Assembly (NCBI GenBank): GCA_035593725.1
Contig: DAOSZN010000008.1
Coordinates: 10,052-74,051, forward strand
Source: Bacillota bacterium
GTDB taxonomy: Bacteria; Bacillota; SHA-98; UBA4971
DNA: 64,000 nt
Reading direction: 5' to 3'
A model generated the notes under the pieces. The model was not told the origin of the DNA and did not search any database. It saw nothing but the letters and a program-made list of their open reading frames with translations. The number at the start of each line of letters is the position of its first letter. The first letter of the stretch is position 1. The position numbers and the translations under genes were made by a program. Positions 1 through 8,736 of this stretch are shown piece by piece.

Positions 1-21
1 GCTTATCCAATTGGAAGGCCT

Positions 22-906
22 GTGCCTACGGCATACAGTCGCCCATGGTCCGGGCTTCAAAGCGCATGGGACATATTGCTCAAATTAATGAGTCATCCGG
101 GTGCAGTCGTTGGAGGTTTTGTGATCCTGGCATACGTTATTTGTGCAGTATTTGCGCCTTACATAGCTCCGTACAGCCCGGATGAGGTGTCTCTTACCGA
201 AAGGTTTCTCGCACCTGCTTTGACAGGCCTGCATCCTTTTGGCACGGATCAGCTGGGAAGGGACATGCTTTCCAGGGTCATATACGGTGCTCGCGTCTCC
301 ATCCTCGTAGGAGTTTTGACCATAGCGATTTCCATGGCGGTAGGAGTAGGGCTTGGACTCGTAGCAGGCTACTATCAAGGCACCTTTGACAAAATCATGT
401 CAAGGTTTACTGATTTACTTCTGGCGTTCCCGTACTTGATATTCGTTATTGGGATGATGTCTGTTTTGGGCCCCGGGTTCTGGAATCTCATCTTAGCCCT
501 TTGCTTTAAGGGTTGGGTCGAGTTCTACAGACTAGCCAGAGCTGAAGTAATGTCTCAGAAAACATGCGAATATGTTGAGGCTGCCCGTGCGCTTGGCCGG
601 TCTGACGCTTCTATCATGATTTCAGAGATTCTCCCCAACATAATCCATTCCATCTTGGTCCTTGGGACATTGCGCATGGGGAATATGATAGTCACGGAGT
701 CGTCTTTAAGCTTCCTAGGTCTCGGTGTGCCGCCGAGGATTCCTGCATGGGGCTCCATGGTATCCGATGGGCGCCGTTACATGCTGAATGCATGGTGGGT
801 AGCGACTCTGCCCGGGCTTGCCCTTGTCATTTTAGTGCTTGCTATTAATCTTGTGGGAGAAGGCCTCCGGGATGTGTTGGATCCTAAGTTGCAGGAGGGT
901 CAATAG
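22..906 (+). CDS. Peptide/nickel ABC transporter permease (OppC/DppC type); true start may lie upstream of the window
   Basis: Motifs HPFGTDQLGRDMLSRVIYGARVS and EAARALGRSD (EAA loop), C-terminal NLVGEGLRDVLDP; reading frame is open back to position 1. Confidence 0.9.
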   Translation: MPTAYSRPWSGLQSAWDILLKLMSHPGAVVGGFVILAYVICAVFAPYIAPYSPDEVSLTERFLAPALTGLHPFGTDQLGRDMLSRVIYGARVSILVGVLTIAISMAVGVGLGLVAGYYQGTFDKIMSRFTDLLLAFPYLIFVIGMMSVLGPGFWNLILALCFKGWVEFYRLARAEVMSQKTCEYVEAARALGRSDASIMISEILPNIIHSILVLGTLRMGNMIVTESSLSFLGLGVPPRIPAWGSMVSDGRRYMLNAWWVATLPGLALVILVLAINLVGEGLRDVLDPKLQEGQ

Positions 907-1971
907 ATGGATGCCTTTGATAATCAAACTAAACATGACACCTTAATTCATGATAAACCTGACAGCCTGACCCATGATGAAAAATCCCCGGTGCTTGAGA
1001 TTTCAGGGCTTTCAACAGAGTATCCTACTCCCCGAGGGACTGTCCACGCAGTTCGCGGCGTTGATCTCGTCTTGGGGAAAGGCGATATTCTGGCCATTGT
1101 AGGTGAGTCAGGATGCGGCAAGAGCGCATGCCTCCTCTCGATAATGAGACTTGTCCCTCCTCCGGGACGAATTGTCAAAGGGTCTGTCAAGTTTCGAGGC
1201 AAGGAGCTCCTCGCCCTGTCCGAGGCAGAGATGAGGGAGCTGCGAGGAAAAGACATGGCTATGGTCTTTCAAGACCCCATGACTACCTTGAACCCGGCAT
1301 ACCGGGTGGGGGAACAGATCTCCGAGTCGCTTCGTGTTCACAGACTTCTTCCGGGGTTTCCCGGACGCCTCTTGCGCAAAGAGAGAGAGAGGGAGCGGGA
1401 ACGGGTAATAGATCTTCTCAAACAGGTGGGGATACCGTCTCCGGAGCATAGGCACCTCGAGTATCCCCACCAATTCAGCGGTGGGATGCAACAACGTATC
1501 CTCATCGCTATCGCACTTGCGTGTAGACCTAAGGTCATACTTGCTGATGAACCCACCACTGCTTTGGATGTCACGGTCCAGGCGCAAGTGCTTGACTTAA
1601 TGCGGGAAATCAACGAGGAACTTGGAACAGCGATAGTCCTCGTCACTCATGACTTAGGTGTCGCCGCCGAATTCTGTTATAAGGCTGCTGTGATGTACGC
1701 AGGCCAAATTGTCGAGTCCGGAGGGATTGAGGACGTGCTTTCTTCTCCGCTTCATCCTTACACAAGAGGGCTTCTTAAGTCTATTCCCAAGATTGGCCAA
1801 AGACGTGAACTTGTTCCGATAAACGGCGAAGTTCCTGATCTTACCGATCTTTCCGAAGGATGCAGCTTTGCTCCGCGCTGCAGGGAAGCTTACTCATACT
1901 GCGAGCGTACTTCGCCCCCCCTAGTACATTTAAAGAACGGGCGCAAAGTCCGTTGCCATCTTTATACGTAG
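907..1971 (+). CDS. Oligopeptide/dipeptide ABC transporter ATP-binding protein (OppD/DppD type)
   Basis: Walker A GESGCGKS, signature FSGGMQQR, ILADEPTTALDVTVQAQ, C-terminal PLHPYTRGLL..CSFAPRC..RCHL Fe-S extension. Confidence 0.93.
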   Translation: MDAFDNQTKHDTLIHDKPDSLTHDEKSPVLEISGLSTEYPTPRGTVHAVRGVDLVLGKGDILAIVGESGCGKSACLLSIMRLVPPPGRIVKGSVKFRGKELLALSEAEMRELRGKDMAMVFQDPMTTLNPAYRVGEQISESLRVHRLLPGFPGRLLRKERERERERVIDLLKQVGIPSPEHRHLEYPHQFSGGMQQRILIAIALACRPKVILADEPTTALDVTVQAQVLDLMREINEELGTAIVLVTHDLGVAAEFCYKAAVMYAGQIVESGGIEDVLSSPLHPYTRGLLKSIPKIGQRRELVPINGEVPDLTDLSEGCSFAPRCREAYSYCERTSPPLVHLKNGRKVRCHLYT

Positions 1972-2185
1972 GTCCGTATTGTGTGGCTTCCCTCATGCAT
2001 GCATATGCTCGATTAAATCCGGTTGTCCTCGCACATGATATTCATGTCATATCCGGGTTTTCTCATCCGTAGGCTCAATTGAACCAGGCTTGCTTGCGAA
2101 TAATTCCTCAGTTGGGGTAAATCCTAAGAATAGGTCGGCTCTTCCAGGGTCGGCATCCGGATTCGGATCCACTGAAGGAGGAGAT

Positions 2186-3460
2186 ATGATGCATGTGATT
2201 ATGCTTTCGTGGGAGTATCCCCCAAGGGTGGTCGGGGGTATAGCCAGGCATGTGGAGGACCTTGCCAAAGCCCTTGTCAAGCAGGGAGTAGATGTGGACG
2301 TAATTACCTCAGCCCACGACAAGGCTTGCGAAGAAGAAGATGATGAAGGGGTGAAAGTCTTCAGGGTCCCTTTTCAGAGTCCTTCTCCACCTGACTTCAT
2401 CACTTGGGTCATGCAAATGAACCTGAATCTTCTGGAGCGTGGGATTGAACGGGCTGCCACCGGTGCAGATCTCGTGCATGCTCATGATTGGGTGGTTGCG
2501 TACTCCGCGAAAGTCTTAAAACACGCTTTCAATATCCCCCTAGTCGCCACGATTCATGCTACGGAATACGGCCGTAATTGGGGCCTTCATAATGATTTGC
2601 AGCGTTACATCAGTAATGTCGAATGGTGGTTAGGGTTTGAGGCTTGGCGTGTTATATGCTGTAGTCAGCATATGCGTCAAGAGCTGTCGTGGATATTTCA
2701 GCTCCCAGGAGATAAACTGCATGTAATCCCTAACGGAGTCAACCCGGCCCGGTTTGATGTCCCTTCTGACGATGATCCGGCTGCTTTTAGGTTGCAATGG
2801 GCTGCGCCTGATGAGAAATTGGTTTTCTATATCGGCAGACTGGTGCACGAGAAAGGAGTTCACATTCTCCTTGACGCATTTTCGAAGGTGCTCGCATATA
2901 GAGACAAAACCAAGCTGGTAATTGCAGGCAAAGGTCCTGCAGCCGCATACCTCAAGGAACATGCCCATGCCCTGGGAATCTACAACAGGGTATTCTTTGC
3001 CGGGTTCGTTGATGACTTAACCCGCAACAGACTCTACAAATGCTCAGACGTGGCTGTCGTCCCCAGCCTCTATGAACCTTTTGGCATCACTGCGCTGGAA
3101 GCCATGGCTTGCGGGACTCCGGTTGTGGTCTCAGATGTAGGAGGGTTAGGTGAAGTTGTCAGGCATGGAGTTACCGGCATGAAGTGTTATGCAGGTAACC
3201 CAAATTCACTTGCTGACAATATCCTAACCCTTCTTGCAGACGAGAAGCTATGTGACGGGATCCGTGCCAATGCTAAAAATGATGTCCTGACTAAGTTCAA
3301 CTGGGACATAATAGCTAAAGAAACCTCCGAGGTCTATGACGAGGTTCATCAGGCATACAAGGCCGGCCCCTGGGCGGTAACGAGGCCCGGATGGGTCTTT
3401 CAGAGCCGGGAGACTGTCAGGCCGGAGTATTCGCGATACTTCGCCCATGACACTGTGTAG
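2186..3460 (+). CDS. GT4 glycosyltransferase, Rv3032-like putative alpha-1,4-glucosyltransferase
   Basis: N-terminus MLSWEYPPRVVGGIARHV, HAHDW, TIHATEYGR, GT4 acceptor motif PSLYEPFGITALEAMA. ATG at 2186 follows RBS GAAGGAGG (ORF-track start 2090 is too far upstream). Confidence 0.85.
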   Translation: MMHVIMLSWEYPPRVVGGIARHVEDLAKALVKQGVDVDVITSAHDKACEEEDDEGVKVFRVPFQSPSPPDFITWVMQMNLNLLERGIERAATGADLVHAHDWVVAYSAKVLKHAFNIPLVATIHATEYGRNWGLHNDLQRYISNVEWWLGFEAWRVICCSQHMRQELSWIFQLPGDKLHVIPNGVNPARFDVPSDDDPAAFRLQWAAPDEKLVFYIGRLVHEKGVHILLDAFSKVLAYRDKTKLVIAGKGPAAAYLKEHAHALGIYNRVFFAGFVDDLTRNRLYKCSDVAVVPSLYEPFGITALEAMACGTPVVVSDVGGLGEVVRHGVTGMKCYAGNPNSLADNILTLLADEKLCDGIRANAKNDVLTKFNWDIIAKETSEVYDEVHQAYKAGPWAVTRPGWVFQSRETVRPEYSRYFAHDTV

Positions 3461-3481
3461 AAGAACGGAGGCAGGATTCAC

Positions 3482-5962
3482 TTGAAGGCAGTGGTAATGG
3501 CAGGCGGAAAAGGGACGAGACTCAGGCCGCTTACATGTGACAGGCCGAAACCCATGGTTCCGGTGGTAAATCGCCCTATGTTGGAGCATGTCATTGACCT
3601 CCTGAAACTCCACGGGTTTTCGGAGATTTTCGCTACACTCTACTACATGCCTGAAGTCATTCAGGACTATTTCGGCCAAGGAGACAGGTTCGGTGTCACA
3701 ATGCATTACTCTGTCGAGGATACCCCGCTTGGTACAGCAGGAAGCGTCAAAACATGTGAACGCTACCTGGATTCAACCTTTCTTGTAATTTCCGGAGATG
3801 CGCTTACAGATATTCACTTAGGTGAGGCTGTCGAGTTTCACAAGGCCAAAGGTGCAATTGCAACAATTGTCCTCACTCATGTCACAAACCCTCTGGAATA
3901 CGGGGTGGTAATAACTGACGATGACGGGCGTATTACGCGCTTTTTAGAGAAACCCAGTTGGAGTGAGGTATTCAGCGATACTGTAAATACCGGTATTTAT
4001 GTGTTGGAACCCGAGGCGTTACGTCTTTTCGACACAGGACAACAGTTTGACTTCAGCAAGAACCTGTTCCCGCTCATTCTCAAGAAGGGGCTGCCTTTAT
4101 TTGGGTATATCGCTGACGGCTATTGGAGCGATGTGGGGAATATTGAGCAATACCGGAAGACTCACTACGACATTCTCCAAGGGCCGGCTCAGGTGAATAT
4201 TCCCGGAGAAGAAATCGCAAAAGGAATTTACATGGGGACAGGCACTGAAATCCATCCGGATACAAGGCTTGATGCGCCCATTGTAATCGGGGACTTCTGT
4301 CGCATTAGGCGAGGTGCGGAGATTGGGTCAGGCACGATCATCGGACACAACAATATCCTAAGTGAAGGCGTTTCCGTAAAACGAAGTGTTATCTGGGATG
4401 ATTCTTTCTTCGGAAAGGACGCTGAACTGAGAGGCGCTATTGTATGTAGTAAAGCAAGCCTTAAGTCAAAGGCAGCAGTGTTTGAAGGGTCAGTCATCGG
4501 GTCTCGCTGTGTCATAGGGGCGCACTCAATTATCAGGCCCAGTGTGAAGATATGGCCTGAGAAAACAATTGACGCAGGAACTGCCATAACCACGAGTCTG
4601 GTGTGGGGAGCGAAGTGGTCCAAGAGATTGTTCGGTACATACGGAGTCTCAGGCCTCGTTAATGTGGAACTGACCCCGGAAATCGCAGCGAAACTAGGCG
4701 CAGCTTACAGCTCATGCTTCAGGGAAAGGCCACAGGTAGTCGTGAGTTCAGACGCATACAAGCCTTCTCGTATGGTAAAGAGAGCGCTTACATCAGGCCT
4801 CCTCTCCGGTGGAGCAAGCGTCTATGATTTGGGCCGTATGACCACCTCTGTAACCCGTTACGCTGTCACAGCGTTAGGAGTGAGCGGAGGCCTTCACGTG
4901 AGACTCTCGCCATATGACCCGGATATCGTCTTAATCGAATTCCTCGATGATAAGGGTATGAATATCGATAAATCCACAGAACGGAAAATAGAAAACGCGT
5001 TTTTCAGTGAAGACTTTACGAGAGTATGTCCGGATGATATTGGAGAGGTGGCATTTCTTACTCGCCTTGTCGAAGAGTACTTAGATTGTTTGCTCAAAAC
5101 AATATCTGTGGACTTGATAAGGGCAAAGCAATTTCCGGTCGTGGTGGACTACGATCCCGGGAATCTATCCCTGATCCTGCCGTCCTTTCTCTCTGCGTTA
5201 GGTTGCAGGGTATCTGCATCAGACAGGGATAATTCCGGGGATCATGGGCCCAGGCATCTCCTGGATATGCTGGACTCCTTATCATTCCTGGCAAAGTCGG
5301 TAATTGCCAAGCAGGCTGCTCTTGGCATAATCGTTGACAGCAACGCGGAAAGGTTGTTTCTTGTCGATGAGAGGGGAAACAGGGTGTCTGACGACCTATT
5401 TGTAGCCCTCATGTCTCTCGTTGCTTTGAAATCGCAGGAAGGCGCCACTGTGGCAGTGCCGGTTACAGCCTCACGAATCATCGAGGATATGGCCGGAAGC
5501 TACCGTGGACGTGTAATTCGCACCCGGGCAAATCCCAGATCAGTTATGGAAAAAGCCATTGAGGCGAAGATTTTCATAGGCGAAAAGGGCCTTCCCGGGT
5601 TTCAAGCGCCTTTTGACGCGCTCTTCTCTCTTGGGAAAATCCTCGAGACTATGGCAAGGGACGGCATCAGCCTCTCGGAGCTGGTCTCTATGGTTCCTCA
5701 GTTCTATATCAGCAAGCGCAGTGTCAAATGCCCTTGGGAAGCGAAAGGCAAGGTAATGCGCACTTTGATCGATGAGACCCGCACAAAGAAAGTGGAACTC
5801 ATAGACGGTATCAAAGTCTACCATGAGACAGGGTGGGCCTTGGTTTTGCCTGATTCAGAGGAGCCTCTCTTTCACATCTACAGCGAGGCTTCGACTCCGG
5901 ATGAAGCTGAGGCGTTAAGAGAGGCTTACATGAGCCGTATATGCGAAATCGGGCTGATCTAA
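3482..5962 (+). CDS. NDP-sugar pyrophosphorylase (mannose-1-P guanylyltransferase/CugP-like) + left-handed beta-helix + phosphomannomutase-like domain fusion
   Basis: TTG start; AGGKGTRLRPLT..PKPMVP, FLEKP, hexapeptide repeats, then LFGTYGVSGLVNVELTPE..GAAY (PMM domain I) and C-terminal DGIKVYHETGWALVLPDSEEPLFHIYSEA. Confidence 0.88.
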   Translation: MKAVVMAGGKGTRLRPLTCDRPKPMVPVVNRPMLEHVIDLLKLHGFSEIFATLYYMPEVIQDYFGQGDRFGVTMHYSVEDTPLGTAGSVKTCERYLDSTFLVISGDALTDIHLGEAVEFHKAKGAIATIVLTHVTNPLEYGVVITDDDGRITRFLEKPSWSEVFSDTVNTGIYVLEPEALRLFDTGQQFDFSKNLFPLILKKGLPLFGYIADGYWSDVGNIEQYRKTHYDILQGPAQVNIPGEEIAKGIYMGTGTEIHPDTRLDAPIVIGDFCRIRRGAEIGSGTIIGHNNILSEGVSVKRSVIWDDSFFGKDAELRGAIVCSKASLKSKAAVFEGSVIGSRCVIGAHSIIRPSVKIWPEKTIDAGTAITTSLVWGAKWSKRLFGTYGVSGLVNVELTPEIAAKLGAAYSSCFRERPQVVVSSDAYKPSRMVKRALTSGLLSGGASVYDLGRMTTSVTRYAVTALGVSGGLHVRLSPYDPDIVLIEFLDDKGMNIDKSTERKIENAFFSEDFTRVCPDDIGEVAFLTRLVEEYLDCLLKTISVDLIRAKQFPVVVDYDPGNLSLILPSFLSALGCRVSASDRDNSGDHGPRHLLDMLDSLSFLAKSVIAKQAALGIIVDSNAERLFLVDERGNRVSDDLFVALMSLVALKSQEGATVAVPVTASRIIEDMAGSYRGRVIRTRANPRSVMEKAIEAKIFIGEKGLPGFQAPFDALFSLGKILETMARDGISLSELVSMVPQFYISKRSVKCPWEAKGKVMRTLIDETRTKKVELIDGIKVYHETGWALVLPDSEEPLFHIYSEASTPDEAEALREAYMSRICEIGLI

Positions 5963-5965
5963 ATC

Positions 5966-7558
5966 CTAAGCCTTAGCATATACTTGGTAGTCTATCTCAG
6001 GGAAAATGTTGTTCCTTGCTTCAATATCTGAAAGCCAGCTTTCGTCAATAGACTCCCGCCGGATATCCTCATAGAGTTTCGTGAACCGCCACAAGTGTTC
6101 TTTAGTACGCCTGACTGCGTACGGGACTACGGTCCCTGTCTTCATGATGAATGCCCAGTCGCTGCTCTGAGCTAGGAGCAACTCGCGGGCTGCCTGATTT
6201 AAGGCTCGTCTCCTCAGGCCGTCTGAGTCCGGGTAGGCTTTGGCAAGTTCCGTCATTCTCTCCGCTGCTTTATGAAGATGACGGTAAATCCAGTCGTTGG
6301 AACCTTCAAGCCAGACCTCATTGTAGCCTTTATATCCCCAACTTGAAAGGGACGGTGTAGAGACTTGGTTGCGAGTGTATACGTTTAGATAGTCGCTTGG
6401 TGTAACTAACTTGAACACGTTCTGGTCGTAAGTCGCCTTTCTTATCAAGTAATCAAGCCACTCCGGTCCTTCGAACCACCAATGTCCAAAGAGCTCAGCA
6501 TCGTAAGGTGCGACTACAATGGGTTTTCTATCCATTACAGATGCCAGGTATTCGATTTGCCTCTCTCTGTTGAACATGAAGTTCCCTGCGTGGATTGCAG
6601 CTTTTCTTAAGGCACGTCCCCTGTCATAAGGTTGTTTGTCATGGGTTTTCCCGGTAATCCTGTGGTATTTTATCCCTGTGCCGATACGGGTTCCGCTTGG
6701 GTGTATGTATGGTTTTATGTAGTCGTAATCCAAGTCATAACCTATATCCCGATAGAATTCCCGGTAATCGTAATCCCCCGGATATCCCTCTCGTGCGCTC
6801 CATACTTGCTTGGATGATTCCATGTCCCTACCGAAGGAGGCCACACCTGACTTGCAGTATATCGGCGCGAACACTCCGTACTTAGGTTGAGGCGACGCGA
6901 AAAGCACTCCGTGAGCGTCCAATATGAAATATCTTATACCTTCCTGCTTCAAGTATTCATCATCACCCGGATTGAAACCGCATTCAGCAAGCCAGAAGCC
7001 TTGAGAATTGCGGTGAAAAGTTTGTCTGTGGTAGTCGGCTGCTATCTTTACCTGGGCACGCACCGCTTCGCGGGATATCTCCATAAGCGGAAGGTATCCA
7101 TGGGTTGCGCAAGAAGTAATAATTTCCAGGCATCCCTTGTCCTGAAGCGCGGTAAATGCAGTGATTAGGTCGCATTGGTATTCATCTTGGAATATACGTC
7201 TTGCTTCACGGAACTTCTCCAGGTACATTTTGGCGTTCTCATTGAATTCCGGGAGCCAGCGGGTTCGTTCAACTTCTCTTTCCGCAAGCTCGATAAGGCG
7301 TTCTATGTGGCGGAGATACCGCTCCTTGAGGAGGGAGTCCTGAAGCATGGACGAAAGGGGCGGGGTGAGGGACATTGTTATTCGAAATTTTATTCCCTCA
7401 TCAGCCAGGCGGTTGAATACTTTTATGAGAGGAATGTACGTTTCTGTAATGGCTTCATAAAGCCAGGTTTCCTCAAAGAAATCAGAATGCTCAGGGTGTC
7501 TCACATACGGCAAGTGCGCATGAAGGATAAGGGCAAGATAGCCTTTTTCATCTCCCAT
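5966..7558 (-). CDS. GH57 (DUF1957) 1,4-alpha-glucan branching enzyme, short-loop AmyC-like subtype
   Basis: LILHAHLPYV, ATHGYLPL, nucleophile WLAECGF, acid/base APYDAELFGHWWFEG, ELLLAQSSDWAF. Confidence 0.92.
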   Translation of the reverse strand: MGDEKGYLALILHAHLPYVRHPEHSDFFEETWLYEAITETYIPLIKVFNRLADEGIKFRITMSLTPPLSSMLQDSLLKERYLRHIERLIELAEREVERTRWLPEFNENAKMYLEKFREARRIFQDEYQCDLITAFTALQDKGCLEIITSCATHGYLPLMEISREAVRAQVKIAADYHRQTFHRNSQGFWLAECGFNPGDDEYLKQEGIRYFILDAHGVLFASPQPKYGVFAPIYCKSGVASFGRDMESSKQVWSAREGYPGDYDYREFYRDIGYDLDYDYIKPYIHPSGTRIGTGIKYHRITGKTHDKQPYDRGRALRKAAIHAGNFMFNRERQIEYLASVMDRKPIVVAPYDAELFGHWWFEGPEWLDYLIRKATYDQNVFKLVTPSDYLNVYTRNQVSTPSLSSWGYKGYNEVWLEGSNDWIYRHLHKAAERMTELAKAYPDSDGLRRRALNQAARELLLAQSSDWAFIMKTGTVVPYAVRRTKEHLWRFTKLYEDIRRESIDESWLSDIEARNNIFPEIDYQVYAKA

Positions 7559-7580
7559 GTCGAAAACTCATCTCCTTTTG

Positions 7581-8540
7581 CTACCAAGTGCTACGGGCAA
7601 GTCTGGTAGTGACGGAGCTGCGCATAGAGGCATCCTTTGACACTGCCTGAATATCTATGATTTGCTCCCCGTCAGGCAGGGCGTACCTTACATGAAAAGT
7701 ACCGTCCGGACGAAGTTTGACAGGCCGCCCGGAAATGGTAAGATCTGCGTCAGGTAAAGTGGCGCCGTGGATTATCACTTCCACAAATGCGTTTAACCAA
7801 AACTTTTGAGGCTGTGCTCTTTGCCCCATTTGAGGACTGGATATCTCACTTACGAATTCAGAGCCTATTTCCAAGTGCATCCGCTCGGATATTTCGGAAA
7901 CCATCTCAGGGGATGCCGGAAGGCCGGTAGACAGAGGATAGTACCTCTCTATTGCTGAAAGTGTCATCCATTCTTCATCAATGACTTCAGACATGCCGGC
8001 TCTGGGGGTTTTGACTACGTTTGACTTTGACAAGCAAAGGAAGCGGCCGTCTTGTCCAATAAGTCCGAGCTCTGCACAGTAAGATCTGTTAGGCCGATCA
8101 ACGTTTATATACCAGTTTTTGGCATGTTCGCCAATGTCAATGCTCATAGTCTTATGTGCGTTGCTTCCGTCAAATTCGATATCAGTCACATCATGCACCC
8201 GGAGAGCCTTTTTGGAAGTCAGCCATCCTTCCGGTCCCAACGCCATGGTTACCATGTCTGAAATGTCTTCCGCGATTTCCCAGTATGCGTGTATCCAATA
8301 TGGATCCCGCACCATAAGGACTATTTGGGTTGAGCCATATCTCTGAGGAAGCTCATATTGGCTGTCCCATGCATATCCAGGAGCTTCTTGATATTGAATA
8401 GGAGCTTCACCTACGTGTAATTCGCGAGTCTCAATGATTTGAATCTCAGGGACGACCTCTGAAACATGGATTTCCACCGCCTCAGAGGGGCCGGCGCCTT
8501 GACTGAGACTGTTTTCTGTCGTTTTTTCAGAATTTTGCAA
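7581..8540 (-). CDS. DUF4912 domain-containing protein
   Basis: Core LPQRYGSTQIVLMVRDPYWIHAYWEI...WYINV..PNRSYCAELG; C-terminal Ig-like GATLPDADLTISGRPVKLRPDGTF; typical neighbour of GH57 genes; TTG start after GGGGAGG. Confidence 0.8.
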   Translation of the reverse strand: MQNSEKTTENSLSQGAGPSEAVEIHVSEVVPEIQIIETRELHVGEAPIQYQEAPGYAWDSQYELPQRYGSTQIVLMVRDPYWIHAYWEIAEDISDMVTMALGPEGWLTSKKALRVHDVTDIEFDGSNAHKTMSIDIGEHAKNWYINVDRPNRSYCAELGLIGQDGRFLCLSKSNVVKTPRAGMSEVIDEEWMTLSAIERYYPLSTGLPASPEMVSEISERMHLEIGSEFVSEISSPQMGQRAQPQKFWLNAFVEVIIHGATLPDADLTISGRPVKLRPDGTFHVRYALPDGEQIIDIQAVSKDASMRSSVTTRLARSTW

Positions 8541-8736
8541 TCAGGTTACCTCCCCACTGAATCGTGTGGGCATTATCATGTGGAGGCCTCTGTAATAATA
8601 TCTCTACTGCTGTGAAGGTTTATACCATCGGAATACTGTTTGCTCGTATGACTTACACTAAATGTACTCGATTTTGGAAGAGATCGCCTAAATTGAGTAA
8701 GGAGAAATCCAGTGACAGCGCAAGGGGGGCATCTTT

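Noticed and set aside
1378-1402. GA-rich run encoding ERERERER in the ABC ATPase
   Set aside because: In frame, falls in the variable helical subdomain; no sign of phase variation.
1972-2185. No second (OppF-type) ATPase after the Opp ATPase; small inverted repeat ACATGA-TAT-TCATGT at 2033-2047; possible sporulation-sigma promoter
   Set aside because: The partner ATPase may lie upstream of the window; the repeat is short and promoter spacing does not fit sigma-E/G/K well.
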